Shown: positions 1 to 10,152, counted from the first letter of the stretch. The stretch: DNA of 64,000 nucleotides from Betaproteobacteria bacterium (GCA_947476215.1 CANJQI010000004.1:490-64489), one strand, 5' to 3'. Notes: a model not told the origin generated them from the letters alone. Translations and numbers: made by a program.

Positions 1-549
1 AAAGATCGGCCAGTCGAGTTCCTCGCACTTGGCGTAGACCGGGAAAAAATCCTTGTCATCGAGATTCTTGCCATTGATGTGCGTCGCCATGTACAGACCG
101 CGGACACCGGGCAGTTTGGACGCGCGTTCGATCTCCTGCACCGCCAGTTCCGGCGCCTGCATGGGCGCCATTGCCATGCCCAGGAAACGGTCCGGATATT
201 TGGCGTGAACCGCGGCACATGCGTCATTGAACGCCTGTGACAATTTGAGACCAAATTCCGGTGGGGCCCAGTACACCATCGGGGTCGTCAGCGACAGCAC
301 CTGAACGTCGACACGCGTATCGTCCATCGTCTTCAGCCGCTGTTCGATGTCGATCTGGTCGCGCCGGAACACGATGGTGCCCCGGCCTACTTTTTCCTCT
401 ATGCCCCGGAACTGGGTTCCGGTCTTGTTGAACGTCACCTCGCCACGCGCGTTTCTGCCGATGATTGCACCGTTGTTAGCACCTTCCTTGTCGAGCAGAT
501 CGATCCACTCCGGCGGATACCAGTGTGCGTGTGTGTTGATGATGCGCAT
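1..549 (-). CDS. amidohydrolase-2 family protein (ACMSD-like metal-dependent hydrolase/decarboxylase), C-terminus outside window
   Basis: Absent from the ORF track because there is no stop inside the window. Minus-strand translation from the ATG at 549..547 reads MRIINTHAHWYPPEWIDLLDKEG...VDVQVLSLTTPMVYWAPPE...LPGVRGLYMATHINGKNLDDKDFFPVYAKCEELDWPIF. It has an HxH metal motif near the N-terminus and runs off the left edge. Confidence 0.7.
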   Translation of the reverse strand, partial: MRIINTHAHWYPPEWIDLLDKEGANNGAIIGRNARGEVTFNKTGTQFRGIEEKVGRGTIVFRRDQIDIEQRLKTMDDTRVDVQVLSLTTPMVYWAPPEFGLKLSQAFNDACAAVHAKYPDRFLGMAMAPMQAPELAVQEIERASKLPGVRGLYMATHINGKNLDDKDFFPVYAKCEELDWPIF

Positions 550-673
550 GTTGCAATCTCCGATCGTGAATGATGAGACGGAATGGGGCTGGCGCGCTCG
601 GCGGAAAATTCGCCGGCCGTCGCCGAATCCAAAAAACATTTCCGCGGCAAGCCTGTTCGCCTTCAGTCTATGC

Positions 674-844
674 GTATCTACACATCTTTGTTCCCTCCCC
701 TGCGCGCGTAGCGTGCGGGGGCGGACCAGGGTGGGGGTGACTTGGTAGCACGCCGCTAGCCCCCCCCCCCACCCCTCCCCCGCACTTCATCCCCGTCCGG
801 GGGTCCCCGTCGATGCAAGGGAGGGAGTCGAGATTTGTAGATAC
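674..844. repeat. ~170-bp imperfect palindromic element rich in G-runs (left half) and C-runs (right half), includes a C11 tract at 760..770
   Basis: Termini 674..699 and 819..844 are inverted copies (21 of 26 positions). The inner halves also mirror each other. It lies between divergent genes. Confidence 0.7.
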
Positions 845-983
845 CCATGCCTTCATGGCTATCCGGAATTTAGCATAATTCGACAATATCGGCCCGGTCA
901 CGCACCGTCGCGGGCTTCAAACAATGTGCAATTAGCATCACACGGTTTATGATGCAGTTCGATATACGCAATGGAGAATCAAC

Positions 984-1979
984 ATGCCTCATGCAATTCG
1001 TATTCATGAAACCGGCGGCCCGGACAAAATGCAGTGGGAAGAAGTTCAGGTCGGCGCCCCAGGTGCGGGCGAAGTCAGAGTCCGCAACATGGCAATCGGA
1101 CTGAACTACATCGACACCTATCACCGCAGCGGCTTATACAAGATGCCGCTACCGCTCACGCTGGGCATGGAGGGCGCCGGCGTAGTCGAGGCAGTCGGCG
1201 CCAAGGTCCGTGACTTCCGGGTCGGCGACCGTGTCGGCTATGTGGGCCCCATCGGTTCCTACGCCGACGTTTTGTTGCGTCCCGCGGAGCGTCTGGTGAA
1301 AATCCCGGCCGGGGTCAGCAACAACACCGCCGCGGCCAGCATGCTGAAAGGCATGACCGCATGGTACCTGCTCAAACGCACCTGCCCCATCAAGCGCGGC
1401 GACACCATACTCATGCACGCCGCGGCGGGCGGCGTGGGATTGATCCTGTGCCAATGGGCGAAGCATCTGGGCGCCACGGTGATAGGCACGGTCGGCAATG
1501 ACGACAAAGTGACATTGGCGAAAAAAGCCGGTTGCAGACATGTCATCGTGCTGGCGAGGGAAAAGTTCAGCGAGCGCGTGCGGGAGATCACCAAAGGCAA
1601 GGGCGTGCGCGTCGTTTATGACGGCATCGGCAAGGATACATTCCTGGACTCCATCGATAGCCTTGCACCGCTGGGCATGATGGTCAGTTTTGGCAACGCA
1701 TCCGGCCCCGTCACGCAATTCAATCCCGGCATACTGGCGCAGAAAGGCTCGCTGTTTCTGACACGCCCCGGACTCTACAATTACACCGCCAAGCGCGAGG
1801 ACCTGGTCAGGGCCGCGCGGGAACTGTTTTCGGTCATCAAGCGCAAGGTCTTCACAGTATCCATCAACCAGACTTATCCATTGCGCGAAGCGGCGCAGGC
1901 GCATCGCGATCTTGAGGCACGCAAGACCACGGGTTCGACGCTGCTGTTAACCGATTTCAAGCCAGGGAAAATGAAATGA
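984..1979 (+). CDS. qor: NADPH:quinone oxidoreductase (zeta-crystallin-type medium-chain reductase)
   Basis: 331-aa ORF with a GGAGA RBS. It shows MDR motifs (GLNYIDTYHRSGLY, AAAGGVGL nucleotide-binding loop). Confidence 0.85.
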   Translation: MPHAIRIHETGGPDKMQWEEVQVGAPGAGEVRVRNMAIGLNYIDTYHRSGLYKMPLPLTLGMEGAGVVEAVGAKVRDFRVGDRVGYVGPIGSYADVLLRPAERLVKIPAGVSNNTAAASMLKGMTAWYLLKRTCPIKRGDTILMHAAAGGVGLILCQWAKHLGATVIGTVGNDDKVTLAKKAGCRHVIVLAREKFSERVREITKGKGVRVVYDGIGKDTFLDSIDSLAPLGMMVSFGNASGPVTQFNPGILAQKGSLFLTRPGLYNYTAKREDLVRAARELFSVIKRKVFTVSINQTYPLREAAQAHRDLEARKTTGSTLLLTDFKPGKMK

Positions 1980-2437
1980 CCGCGTTCACCGTAAAACCGA
2001 TAGGCGCCGTCAAATGCGCCGTGACCGAAATGTCGCAGGGAGGCTGGGCGCGCATCGATTCCGAAATTCATCTCGATACGACGTTAACCGGTGGTCTGCA
2101 GGAACTCGCCAGCTACTCGCATGTGATCGTGGTTTTCTTCCTCGACCGCGCGCAGGGTTTCGATCCCGCCCAGCAGCTGTTGCGCAAGCCGCGCGGCATG
2201 GAAGACATGCATGAAGTCGGTGTCTTCGCGCAGCGCACCAAATACCGTCCCAATCCGATCGGCGTCACGGCTGTCAAATTGCTCGGCATTGCGGGCAACG
2301 TCATCACGGTGCGCGGACTGGACGCGCTCGACGGCACGCCCGTGCTCGACATCAAACCGTATCTGCCGCCGTTCGACCGGATGGAGGATGTGACGATGCC
2401 GCCATGGGTCGATCACGTCATGGATGGCTATTTCTGA
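1976..2437 (+). CDS. TsaA/TrmO-like SAM-dependent tRNA methyltransferase family protein
   Basis: 153 aa. The ATGA overlap with the qor stop suggests translational coupling. Family-typical motifs RPNPIGVT and DGTPVLDIKPYLPPFD are present. Confidence 0.8.
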   Translation: MTAFTVKPIGAVKCAVTEMSQGGWARIDSEIHLDTTLTGGLQELASYSHVIVVFFLDRAQGFDPAQQLLRKPRGMEDMHEVGVFAQRTKYRPNPIGVTAVKLLGIAGNVITVRGLDALDGTPVLDIKPYLPPFDRMEDVTMPPWVDHVMDGYF

Positions 2438-2442
2438 ACGCC

Positions 2443-3627
2443 TCAACCTGTTATTACAAGTTTCGCCAGACCGCGTTCCAGATCCGCGATCAAATCATCG
2501 GCGTCTTCCAGTCCGATGTGCAAACGAATCACCGGACCACCGGGATTCCATTTCGTTGCGGTGCGCAGGCGCGTCGGATCGTAACGGATCGCCAGGCTCT
2601 CGTAGCCACCCCAACTCGCCCCTATGCCGAATAGCTTGAGCGCGTCTATCATGGCGCCCACGGATGTCCAGGTAGCCGGCTTGAGGATCACGCCAAATAA
2701 TGCCGCCGCACCGCTGAAGTCGCGCCGCCACAGCGCGTGGCCGGGATCATCGTCGAGCGCCGGATACAGAACACGCAGAACTTCAGGACGCGCCTGCAGC
2801 CAGCGCGCGATTTTCAGGGCACTGTGCTGTTGTTGCCGCATACGCACGCCTATAGTGCGCAACCCGCGCAACGCAAGATAGCAATCATCAGGGCTGACGC
2901 AGTAGCCGTAATCGGCAACGGTTTTGCGCACTGTGAGCCAATAGCGCTGAGTGGTCACGATGAGCCCGACCAGCGTATCCGAATGACCCGCTATGTACTT
3001 GGTGCCGGCGTGTATCGATACGTCGACGCCATGCTGAAACGATTTGAAGAAATATGGCGTGCCCCAGGTATTGTCGGCCAGGACCGGGATGTTTTTTTCA
3101 TGCGCGGCGGCGGCAATCGCGGGTATGTCCTGCATTTCAAACGTCAGCGAACCAGGTGTTTCGCAAAATACGGCGGCGGTGTTGGGGCGGATCAACGCAG
3201 CGATGGCGCCGGCAATCAGCGGATCGTAGTATTCGATATCCACGCCATACGATCTGAGGCGCCTTTCGCAGAACGTGCGCGTCGGCCCGTAGGCGGTATC
3301 CGCCACCAGCAGATGATCGCCGCTCTTCACGAACGCGCTGATCGCGGCGACGATCGCGGCGAGGCCGGAGGGCAACGCCACCGCCGCATGGCCGCCCTCG
3401 AGCTGGGCCACCGCCTCTTCGAGCGCGAACGTGGTCGGCGTGCCGTGCAAGCCGTAGCGCAAAACCTTGTAGTCATCCGTGTCGCTCGCCTCGTAGGAGG
3501 CGACATCCGGATAGAGCACGGTCGAGGTACGCACGACCGGCGTATTGACCGCACCCTGATACGCGGGAGAATCGCGACCGACGCGGGTCAGACGGGTGTC
3601 TAGCTTGAAACTGTCATCATGGTCCAT
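2443..3627 (-). CDS. metC: cystathionine beta-lyase / Cys-Met-metabolism PLP-dependent enzyme
   Basis: 394 aa. Trans-sulfuration family signatures are present (YGLHGTPTTFALEEAVAQLEGG, HAGTKYIAGHSD with the PLP lysine context). Confidence 0.8.
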   Translation of the reverse strand: MDHDDSFKLDTRLTRVGRDSPAYQGAVNTPVVRTSTVLYPDVASYEASDTDDYKVLRYGLHGTPTTFALEEAVAQLEGGHAAVALPSGLAAIVAAISAFVKSGDHLLVADTAYGPTRTFCERRLRSYGVDIEYYDPLIAGAIAALIRPNTAAVFCETPGSLTFEMQDIPAIAAAAHEKNIPVLADNTWGTPYFFKSFQHGVDVSIHAGTKYIAGHSDTLVGLIVTTQRYWLTVRKTVADYGYCVSPDDCYLALRGLRTIGVRMRQQQHSALKIARWLQARPEVLRVLYPALDDDPGHALWRRDFSGAAALFGVILKPATWTSVGAMIDALKLFGIGASWGGYESLAIRYDPTRLRTATKWNPGGPVIRLHIGLEDADDLIADLERGLAKLVITG

Positions 3628-3807
3628 GTAAAGTTCGCGGCAACGCTATCTCACCGCAGCCTCCAGAAATTACGCGTATGGATTATCCATCCGCCAGCCG
3701 TCATTTTGCGCGCCACGGTATACGGCCGCAATGTGAAAGTTGGTTTTAGATTATGATGCCGGCCATGAAAATTTCTGAATTGATTCAGTCTTGTCCACGG
3801 ATTTCCC

Positions 3808-5013
3808 ATGACGGATAACGTCGAAACCGGTGCCCTGCACGGCCTGCGCGTGCTCGATCTGACGCGCATACTGGCCGGCCCTTTGTGCACCATGATGCTG
3901 GGCGACATGGGCGCCGACATCATCAAGGTCGAACCTCCGAACGGCGATGACACGCGTACCTGGGGACCGCCGTTTATCGAAGGCGAGTCAGCCTACTATC
4001 TCGGCATCAACCGCAACAAGCGCTCGATCACGCTCAATATGGCAGAGCCGTCGGGAAGGGCAGTGATCACTGCCCTGATCGCGAAATCCGACGTGCTGGT
4101 CGACAATTTCAAGCTGGGAACACTGGCAAAGTGGGGTTACACCGACGCGTGGTTCGATGAGCATGCGCCACGTCTGGTTCGCTGCTCGATTTCCGGCTAC
4201 GGCAGCAGCGGTCCCAAGGCAGCCCAACCCGGTTACGACTTCTGTCTGCAAGCGGAGTCAGGGCTGATGAGTATTAGCGGTCAGCCCGATGGCGCACCGA
4301 CCAAGTACGGCGTGGCCATCGTCGATGTGTGCACCGGCATGCTGGCATGCAATTCGATATTGGCGGCGCTGAACGCCCGCGCGCGCACCGGGCGCGGACA
4401 AAAGGTCGAAGTTTCACTGTACGAATCCTCGCTCGCCATGCTGGTCAACGTCGCATCCAACTACCTGACGACCGGCAAGGACGCAAGACGCTTCGGCAAC
4501 AGCCATCCCAGCGTCGTGCCTTATACGACGTTCACAACCGCCGACAGCATGATCGCGCTGGCGGTGGGCAATGATGCGCAGTTCGCCAAGTGCGCCATGG
4601 TTTTAGGTCACCCCGAATGGGCGCGGGATGCGCGCTACACGCTGAATCGCGATCGCGTTGCGAACCGCGCCCCGCTCGAAAGCATGATTGCGACGGAACT
4701 GAAACACGATACCACCAGCGCATGGATAACGCGGCTGCAGGCGGTGGGCGTGCCATGCGGCCCTATCAATACGGTGGCGCAGGCCCTGGACGATCCCCAC
4801 ACGGCGGCGCGAGATATGATAGAAACCATAACACACCCGACCATAGGTCCGCTCAGGATGTTGGGCATGCCGTTCAAGTTCAGCGACACACCGGCATCGG
4901 TGCGCCGCGCGCCGCCGACGCAGGGCCAGCATAGCGACGAAATATTGCGCGATGTCCTGGGCATGGACCACGCGCAGGTCGCCGCTCTGCGGCGTGACAA
5001 AGTGGTGGTTTAA
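3808..5013 (+). CDS. CaiB/BaiF family III CoA-transferase
   Basis: 401 aa. N-terminal LHGLRVLDLTRILAGPLCTMMLGDMGADIIKVEPP is the classic family III signature. Confidence 0.85.
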   Translation: MTDNVETGALHGLRVLDLTRILAGPLCTMMLGDMGADIIKVEPPNGDDTRTWGPPFIEGESAYYLGINRNKRSITLNMAEPSGRAVITALIAKSDVLVDNFKLGTLAKWGYTDAWFDEHAPRLVRCSISGYGSSGPKAAQPGYDFCLQAESGLMSISGQPDGAPTKYGVAIVDVCTGMLACNSILAALNARARTGRGQKVEVSLYESSLAMLVNVASNYLTTGKDARRFGNSHPSVVPYTTFTTADSMIALAVGNDAQFAKCAMVLGHPEWARDARYTLNRDRVANRAPLESMIATELKHDTTSAWITRLQAVGVPCGPINTVAQALDDPHTAARDMIETITHPTIGPLRMLGMPFKFSDTPASVRRAPPTQGQHSDEILRDVLGMDHAQVAALRRDKVVV

Positions 5014-5016
5014 CCT

Positions 5017-6528
5017 TCAGGCCACCTGCCGTTGCCAGGGCGCCTCGCATACCCTCGTACTCTCGACACAGCCGCCGGCGCCGGTGCGCTCCATGCGCAC
5101 GGTAAACCCCCACAGGCGCGCGAGGTGTTTCATGACTTCCGTGGCTTCGTCTTCCACCAACTGCCTGCCGCGCAGCGCCTGGTGACGCAGCAGCAGTGAA
5201 CGGTCGCCTTCGCGATCGAACTTGACGATCTGGATGTCGGGCAGGCGATAGTCCAGGGCGTATTGCGCGGCAAGCAGCTTCCGCACGCGCGCATAGCCGT
5301 CATCATTGTGTATGGAATCGACTTTCAGCATTTCCCTTGCTTCGTGATCCGCCACGGAAAACAAGCGAAACTCGCGCATGAGGCGCGGCGACAGGTATTG
5401 CGCAATAAATGATTCATCCTTGAAGTTGCGCATCGCAAAGTCCATCACCTTGAACCAGTCGCCGCCGGCAATGTCCGGAAACCAATGCCGATCTTCCGGC
5501 GTCGGGCGCTCGCAGATGCGACGTAAATCCTGCATCATGGCGTAACCCAGGGCGTAGGGATTAATACCGCCGTAGCCTTGCTCGTCGAAATCGGGCTGGC
5601 GGATCACATTGGCATGGCTTTGCAGAAACTCCAGCATGAATCCGTCATTGACCAAGCCCTTCTCATACAGACGGTTTAACAGTGTGTAATGCCAAAACGT
5701 CGCCCACCCTTCGTTCATGACCTTGGTCTGGCCCTGCGGGTAGAAATACTGCGCGAGTTTCCTCACGATGCGCACGAGTTCGCGCTGCCAGGGCGTGAGC
5801 CTGGGCGCGTGCTTTTCCACGAAGTAGAGTATGTTTTCCTCGGGCTCGGCGGGAAAATTCTTTTTCGATGCTTCGATCCGTGAAACCGGGGTGGCTGGCA
5901 GGGTGCGCCAGAGATCGTTGTACTGGAGCCGCGCGATCTCCTGACGTTCCGCGCTGCGCGCCTTTTCCTCGACCAGCGAGAGAGGCGCTGCGCGCCGGTA
6001 TCGATTCACGCCGTACTCCATCAGCGCATGGCACGAGTCCATGATTTCCTCAACCGCGGTCACGCCGTAGCGCTCTTCGCAGCCGGCCACATAGTTGCGC
6101 GCGAATACCAGGTAGTCGACGATCGCCGACGCCTGCGTCCACTGCCGGAACAAGTAGTTGCCTTTGAAGAAAGAATTGTGCCCGTAGCTCGCATGAGCGA
6201 TCACCAGTGCCTGCATCATCATGGAGTTCTCCTCCATCAGATAGGCGATGCAAGGATCTGAATTTATTACAATTTCGTACGCCAAGCCTTGACGCCCGGT
6301 ACGGTAGGCACGCTCGTTTGCAATGAAAGCCTTGCCGTAGGACCAGTGCGCATAGCCGATCGGCAACCCGGTGGACGCGTACGCGTCCAGCATCTGCTCG
6401 GAGGTGATGACCTCGATCTGGTTGGCGTAAGTGTCGAGGCCAAACTCGCCGGCGCAGGTCGCGATGGCGGCGTCGTAGCGCTCAAGCAGTTCGAACGTCC
6501 AGTTTGATCCCGTGGAAATGAGGCTCAT
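5017..6528 (-). CDS. SpoVR family protein (YcgB-like)
   Basis: 503 aa, third gene of the prkA-yeaH-spoVR arrangement. Its start overlaps the yeaH stop (6525..6528). Confidence 0.9.
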   Translation of the reverse strand: MSLISTGSNWTFELLERYDAAIATCAGEFGLDTYANQIEVITSEQMLDAYASTGLPIGYAHWSYGKAFIANERAYRTGRQGLAYEIVINSDPCIAYLMEENSMMMQALVIAHASYGHNSFFKGNYLFRQWTQASAIVDYLVFARNYVAGCEERYGVTAVEEIMDSCHALMEYGVNRYRRAAPLSLVEEKARSAERQEIARLQYNDLWRTLPATPVSRIEASKKNFPAEPEENILYFVEKHAPRLTPWQRELVRIVRKLAQYFYPQGQTKVMNEGWATFWHYTLLNRLYEKGLVNDGFMLEFLQSHANVIRQPDFDEQGYGGINPYALGYAMMQDLRRICERPTPEDRHWFPDIAGGDWFKVMDFAMRNFKDESFIAQYLSPRLMREFRLFSVADHEAREMLKVDSIHNDDGYARVRKLLAAQYALDYRLPDIQIVKFDREGDRSLLLRHQALRGRQLVEDEATEVMKHLARLWGFTVRMERTGAGGCVESTRVCEAPWQRQVA

Positions 6529-7787
6529 GCGTTCGACCCTTTGCTGAAAAGTTCCCGGAACACCGGATAGATGTCCCCGGGCCTGGCCACTCGACGCATC
6601 GTAAAATATGGGAGCGTCACTGCCTCATAGCCCGCCCACAGGCTGCTCGCGTGCCGGCTTTCAAATTCGTTGGTCTCAATATAGGCAAAATAGCGCGCCA
6701 TTGGCAGCAGGTGCTGCTGCAGAAAGCTCGCGCAACGCCCTGCATCCGCGCCAAATGCATCGCCATCGGAAGCCTGGGCGAAGTACAGATTCCACTGGCC
6801 GGCGGGGTATCGATCCGTAACGATTTTGTGCGCGAGTTCCAGCGCCGAAAGCACCACCGTTCCACCCGAACGCGTATCATGGAAAAACGTCTGCTCATCC
6901 ACCTCCTCGGCGTCATCGGTGTGGCGGATGAATATGAGGTCCACCTTTTCATACTTGCGCGTGAGGAACAGGTATAGCAGCGTGTAAAAGCGTTTTGCCA
7001 GATCCTTGCGCGTCTCGTCCATCGACGCCGACACGTCCATCAGGCAAAACATGGCAGCTCTTGCGACCGGTTGTGATACGGTCACGACATTTCGATAACG
7101 CAAGTCGAGTTCGTCCAGCATGGGAACGTGCAAGCGTCTGGATTCGAGGATGACGATCTCCGTTTCAATGGCGGCAATGTCCTCATCGGATCGGCACTCT
7201 GCCCGCGCCTGATCCAGGCGCTCGCGCGCATCGCGCAACTGCTCCGCCACCACGCCCGACAGCGCGATCCGACGCGCAAGCGCGGTACGCATGGTTCTAG
7301 TTATCGAGAGGTTGGCGCGTGAGCCGTCTTTCACAAAGCCCGCACGCGAGAATTTCTTCTGTTCGGTGTCGCCGATTGCCGTACGGGCGAGGCGCGGCAG
7401 CTCCAGATCATCAAAGAAAATATTAAGGAACTCTTCGCGCGACAGGCTGAAGACGAAGTCATCGGTGGCTGCGCCGGAACCCGGTGCACCACCCTTCCCG
7501 CCCCCGCCGCGCTGCGGCCGGGGAATCGAAGTGCCGGGAATAAACTCTTTGTTTCCCGGATGCACGCTTTCACTATCGCCGCCGCGGTCGTGGCGAAACG
7601 ACGGTTCCGAAACGTCACGCGCGGGAATGTTCACGTCCCCGCCCTTGTCCATGTCGGCGATGGAACGCTCGCCGACCATGCCTTTCACGGCTTCGCGGAT
7701 GCGCTCCTTGTAGCGACGCAGGAAACGCTCGCGGTTGACCGCGCTCTTGTTGCGCCCGTTCAGACGCCGGTCGATGATTTGCAGCAT
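6525..7787 (-). CDS. YeaH/YhbH family protein (DUF444)
   Basis: 420 aa. N-terminal IIDRRLNGRNKSAVNRERFLRRYK and a vWA-like C-terminal part typical of YeaH. Confidence 0.9.
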   Translation of the reverse strand: MLQIIDRRLNGRNKSAVNRERFLRRYKERIREAVKGMVGERSIADMDKGGDVNIPARDVSEPSFRHDRGGDSESVHPGNKEFIPGTSIPRPQRGGGGKGGAPGSGAATDDFVFSLSREEFLNIFFDDLELPRLARTAIGDTEQKKFSRAGFVKDGSRANLSITRTMRTALARRIALSGVVAEQLRDARERLDQARAECRSDEDIAAIETEIVILESRRLHVPMLDELDLRYRNVVTVSQPVARAAMFCLMDVSASMDETRKDLAKRFYTLLYLFLTRKYEKVDLIFIRHTDDAEEVDEQTFFHDTRSGGTVVLSALELAHKIVTDRYPAGQWNLYFAQASDGDAFGADAGRCASFLQQHLLPMARYFAYIETNEFESRHASSLWAGYEAVTLPYFTMRRVARPGDIYPVFRELFSKGSNA

Positions 7788-7797
7788 GACGTCGCGA

Positions 7798-9723
7798 TCA
7801 GGCCGATTTACGCACCCGCAGGTACCACTCCGACAGCAGCCGTACCTGTTTCTCGGTGTACCCCTTCTCTATCATGCGAGAAATGAAATTCTGGTGCTTC
7901 TCGCGGTCTTCCAGCGAGGCCTTGGCGTTGAATGAAATAACCGGCAGCAGGTCCTCGGTGTTGGAGAACATTTTCTTCTCGATCACCTCGCGCAGTTTCT
8001 CATAGCTGTTCCATGCCGGATTCTTGCCGCCGTTGTTGGCGCGGGCGCGCAACACAAAATTGACGATCTCGTTTCTGAAATCCTTGGGGTTGGCTATGCC
8101 TGCCGGCTTTTCAATCTTTTCCAGCTCCTCGTTCAGTGCCGCGCGGTCAAAACTTTCGCCGGTCTCGGGATCGCGGAAATCCTCGTCCTGAATCCAGCAG
8201 TCGGCGTAGATCACATAGCGGTCGAATATGTTCTGGCCATACTCCGAGTACGATTCGAGATACGCGGTCTGAATCTCCTTGCCGATGAATTCGGCATAGC
8301 GCGGCGCCAGCCAGCCCTTGATGAATTCCAGGAAGCGGCGCTGCGTCTCTTCCGGCAGATCATCGCGTACAATGCGTTGTTCCAGCACGTACATGAGGTG
8401 CACCGGGTTGGCCGCTACTTCCGCGGCATCGTAGTTGAAAACCGAGGACAGTATCTTGTAGGCGAAACGCGTCGACACGCCCGACATGCCTTCGTCGGTG
8501 CCGGCATAGTCGCGGTACTCCTGGTAGCTCTTGGCCTTGGGATCGATGTCCTTCAGGCTCTCGCCGTCGTAGACGCGCATTTTTGAATGTATGCTGGAAT
8601 TCTCCGGCTCCTTCAGTCGAGTGAGCACCGAGAATTGCGCCATCATTTCAAGGGTTCCAGGTGCGCAGACAGCCTTCGACAGCGCGCTGCCCGCGAGTAA
8701 CTTCTGGTAGATGCTGACTTCCTCGGTCACCTGCAGGCAGTACGGCACCTTGACGATGTATATGCGGTCGAGAAAAGCCTCGTTATGCTTGTTGTTGCGA
8801 AAGCTTTGCCATTCCGACTCGTTGGAGTGCGCGAGGATGATGCCCGAAAACGGCAGGGCTGAAATTCCTTCGGTGCCCTTGAAATTGCCCTCCTGCGTCG
8901 CGGTAAGCAGCGGGTGCAGCATCTTGATGGGCGCCTTGAACATCTCGACAAACTCGAGCAGACCCTGATTGGACAGACACAAGCCGCCCGAGTAGCTGTA
9001 AGCATCGGGGTCATTCTGCGAATAGCGGTCGAGTTTGCGAATATCGACCTTGCCGACCAACGACGAGATGTCCTGATTGTTCTCGTCGCCGGGCTCGGTC
9101 TTGGAAATCGCCACCTGGCGCAGAACGGAAGGCCGCACGCGACAGACACGGAAACGCGTGATGTCGCCGCCAAACTCGGTGAGGCGTTTGATCGCCCACG
9201 GCGACATGATGCCGGACAGATAGCGCCGCGGGATGCCATATTCCTTTTCCAGCACCTCCGCGTACTGCGCCGGAGCGAACAGGCCCAGCGGCGACTCGTT
9301 GACGGGAGAGCCCTTGAGCACGTATATCGGCTTCGCCTCCATCAGCGACTTCAGGCGTTCGGCAATCGACGACTTGCCGCCCCCCACGGGTCCCAGCAGG
9401 TAGAGCACCTGCTTGCGCTCCTCCAGTCCCTGCGCCGCGTGTTTGAAGAAAGATACGATTTGCGCGATGACGTCTTCCATGCCGTAAAACTCGGCAAACG
9501 CCGGGTAGCGTCGTATGACCAGGTTGGAGAACAGCCGCGACAGTCGCGGGTCATTGCGCGTATTAATGGTTTCGGGCTCGCCGATGGCGGCTAGCATGCG
9601 CTCGGCGGCACTGGCATATGCGCCAGGATCCTGCTTGCACAGTTCGAGGTAATCCTCGATGGACATTTCATCGTCCTGCGCCTGGGCATAGTGCGTTTTG
9701 TAGCGTTCAAGCAACTCGATCAT
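7798..9723 (-). CDS. prkA: PrkA family serine protein kinase (YeaG-like)
   Basis: 641 aa. Walker A LLGPVGGGKSS is present, with family-typical N- and C-terminal domains. Confidence 0.92.
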   Translation of the reverse strand: MIELLERYKTHYAQAQDDEMSIEDYLELCKQDPGAYASAAERMLAAIGEPETINTRNDPRLSRLFSNLVIRRYPAFAEFYGMEDVIAQIVSFFKHAAQGLEERKQVLYLLGPVGGGKSSIAERLKSLMEAKPIYVLKGSPVNESPLGLFAPAQYAEVLEKEYGIPRRYLSGIMSPWAIKRLTEFGGDITRFRVCRVRPSVLRQVAISKTEPGDENNQDISSLVGKVDIRKLDRYSQNDPDAYSYSGGLCLSNQGLLEFVEMFKAPIKMLHPLLTATQEGNFKGTEGISALPFSGIILAHSNESEWQSFRNNKHNEAFLDRIYIVKVPYCLQVTEEVSIYQKLLAGSALSKAVCAPGTLEMMAQFSVLTRLKEPENSSIHSKMRVYDGESLKDIDPKAKSYQEYRDYAGTDEGMSGVSTRFAYKILSSVFNYDAAEVAANPVHLMYVLEQRIVRDDLPEETQRRFLEFIKGWLAPRYAEFIGKEIQTAYLESYSEYGQNIFDRYVIYADCWIQDEDFRDPETGESFDRAALNEELEKIEKPAGIANPKDFRNEIVNFVLRARANNGGKNPAWNSYEKLREVIEKKMFSNTEDLLPVISFNAKASLEDREKHQNFISRMIEKGYTEKQVRLLSEWYLRVRKSA

Positions 9724-10152
9724 GATTTGGCTCCTAATCGATTACACATCGCGCGTCGCCACTGCCTCGCAGCACCCGACGGCACCGGACTTCCTTTTCA
9801 CGCTTGATGAACGGTAGCACCGACGATTCGGCGCCATTAAGTTGAAAACCCAAGTTAAATCGGGCCAATTCCCGCGATTGCGGTCGAATGATCGCAGGAC
9901 GAGCCGGGCGATCGCGGGCGCGCGATGCCGCATGGACGAGTCAGTGGCTACAGGCTGTAGTGCTGGTGATACACTCGTCTCTTGCCGTCCGGCTTCGGGA
10001 AAAACTGTCCACGTGAACTCCGCGGCAGCGGCAAAAAGCGTAATATTTGCCTTCGCGGTCGACACAAACCCGGCGCTTGCGATATCTTCAGGCTCAACCG
10101 CTCGGCATACCGTAAGGCACAGAGTTAATCACGCAAAAACATTCATCGCGAC

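Noticed and set aside
1149-1904. Long antisense or alternative-frame ORFs inside recognised genes. Examples are 1149..1904(-), 2737..3603(+), 23143..24048(+), 26091..26810(+), 30953..31714(+), 34914..36155(+), 51886..52722(+) and 61706..63079(+).
   Set aside because: They overlap genes with clear family signatures. Their translations are Arg/Ala/Gly/Pro-rich low-complexity strings typical of non-coding frames in high-GC DNA, and none shows a recognisable motif.
3775-3788. CTGAAT-TG-ATTCAG palindrome 20 nt upstream of the CoA-transferase start, and AACGCGA-N8-TCGCGTT (33554..33575) upstream of the OCD gene, considered as operators.
   Set aside because: These are short isolated palindromes with no adjacent regulator gene and no second copy. 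They are kept only as low-priority notes.
9724-10152. Searched the prkA upstream region for a sigma54 -24/-12 box (TGGCAC-N5-TTGC) and for hidden genes (track ORFs 9742..10065 and 9842..10156).
   Set aside because: No acceptable -24/-12 match was found by eye. Both ORFs lack any recognisable motif and overlap each other on opposite strands.
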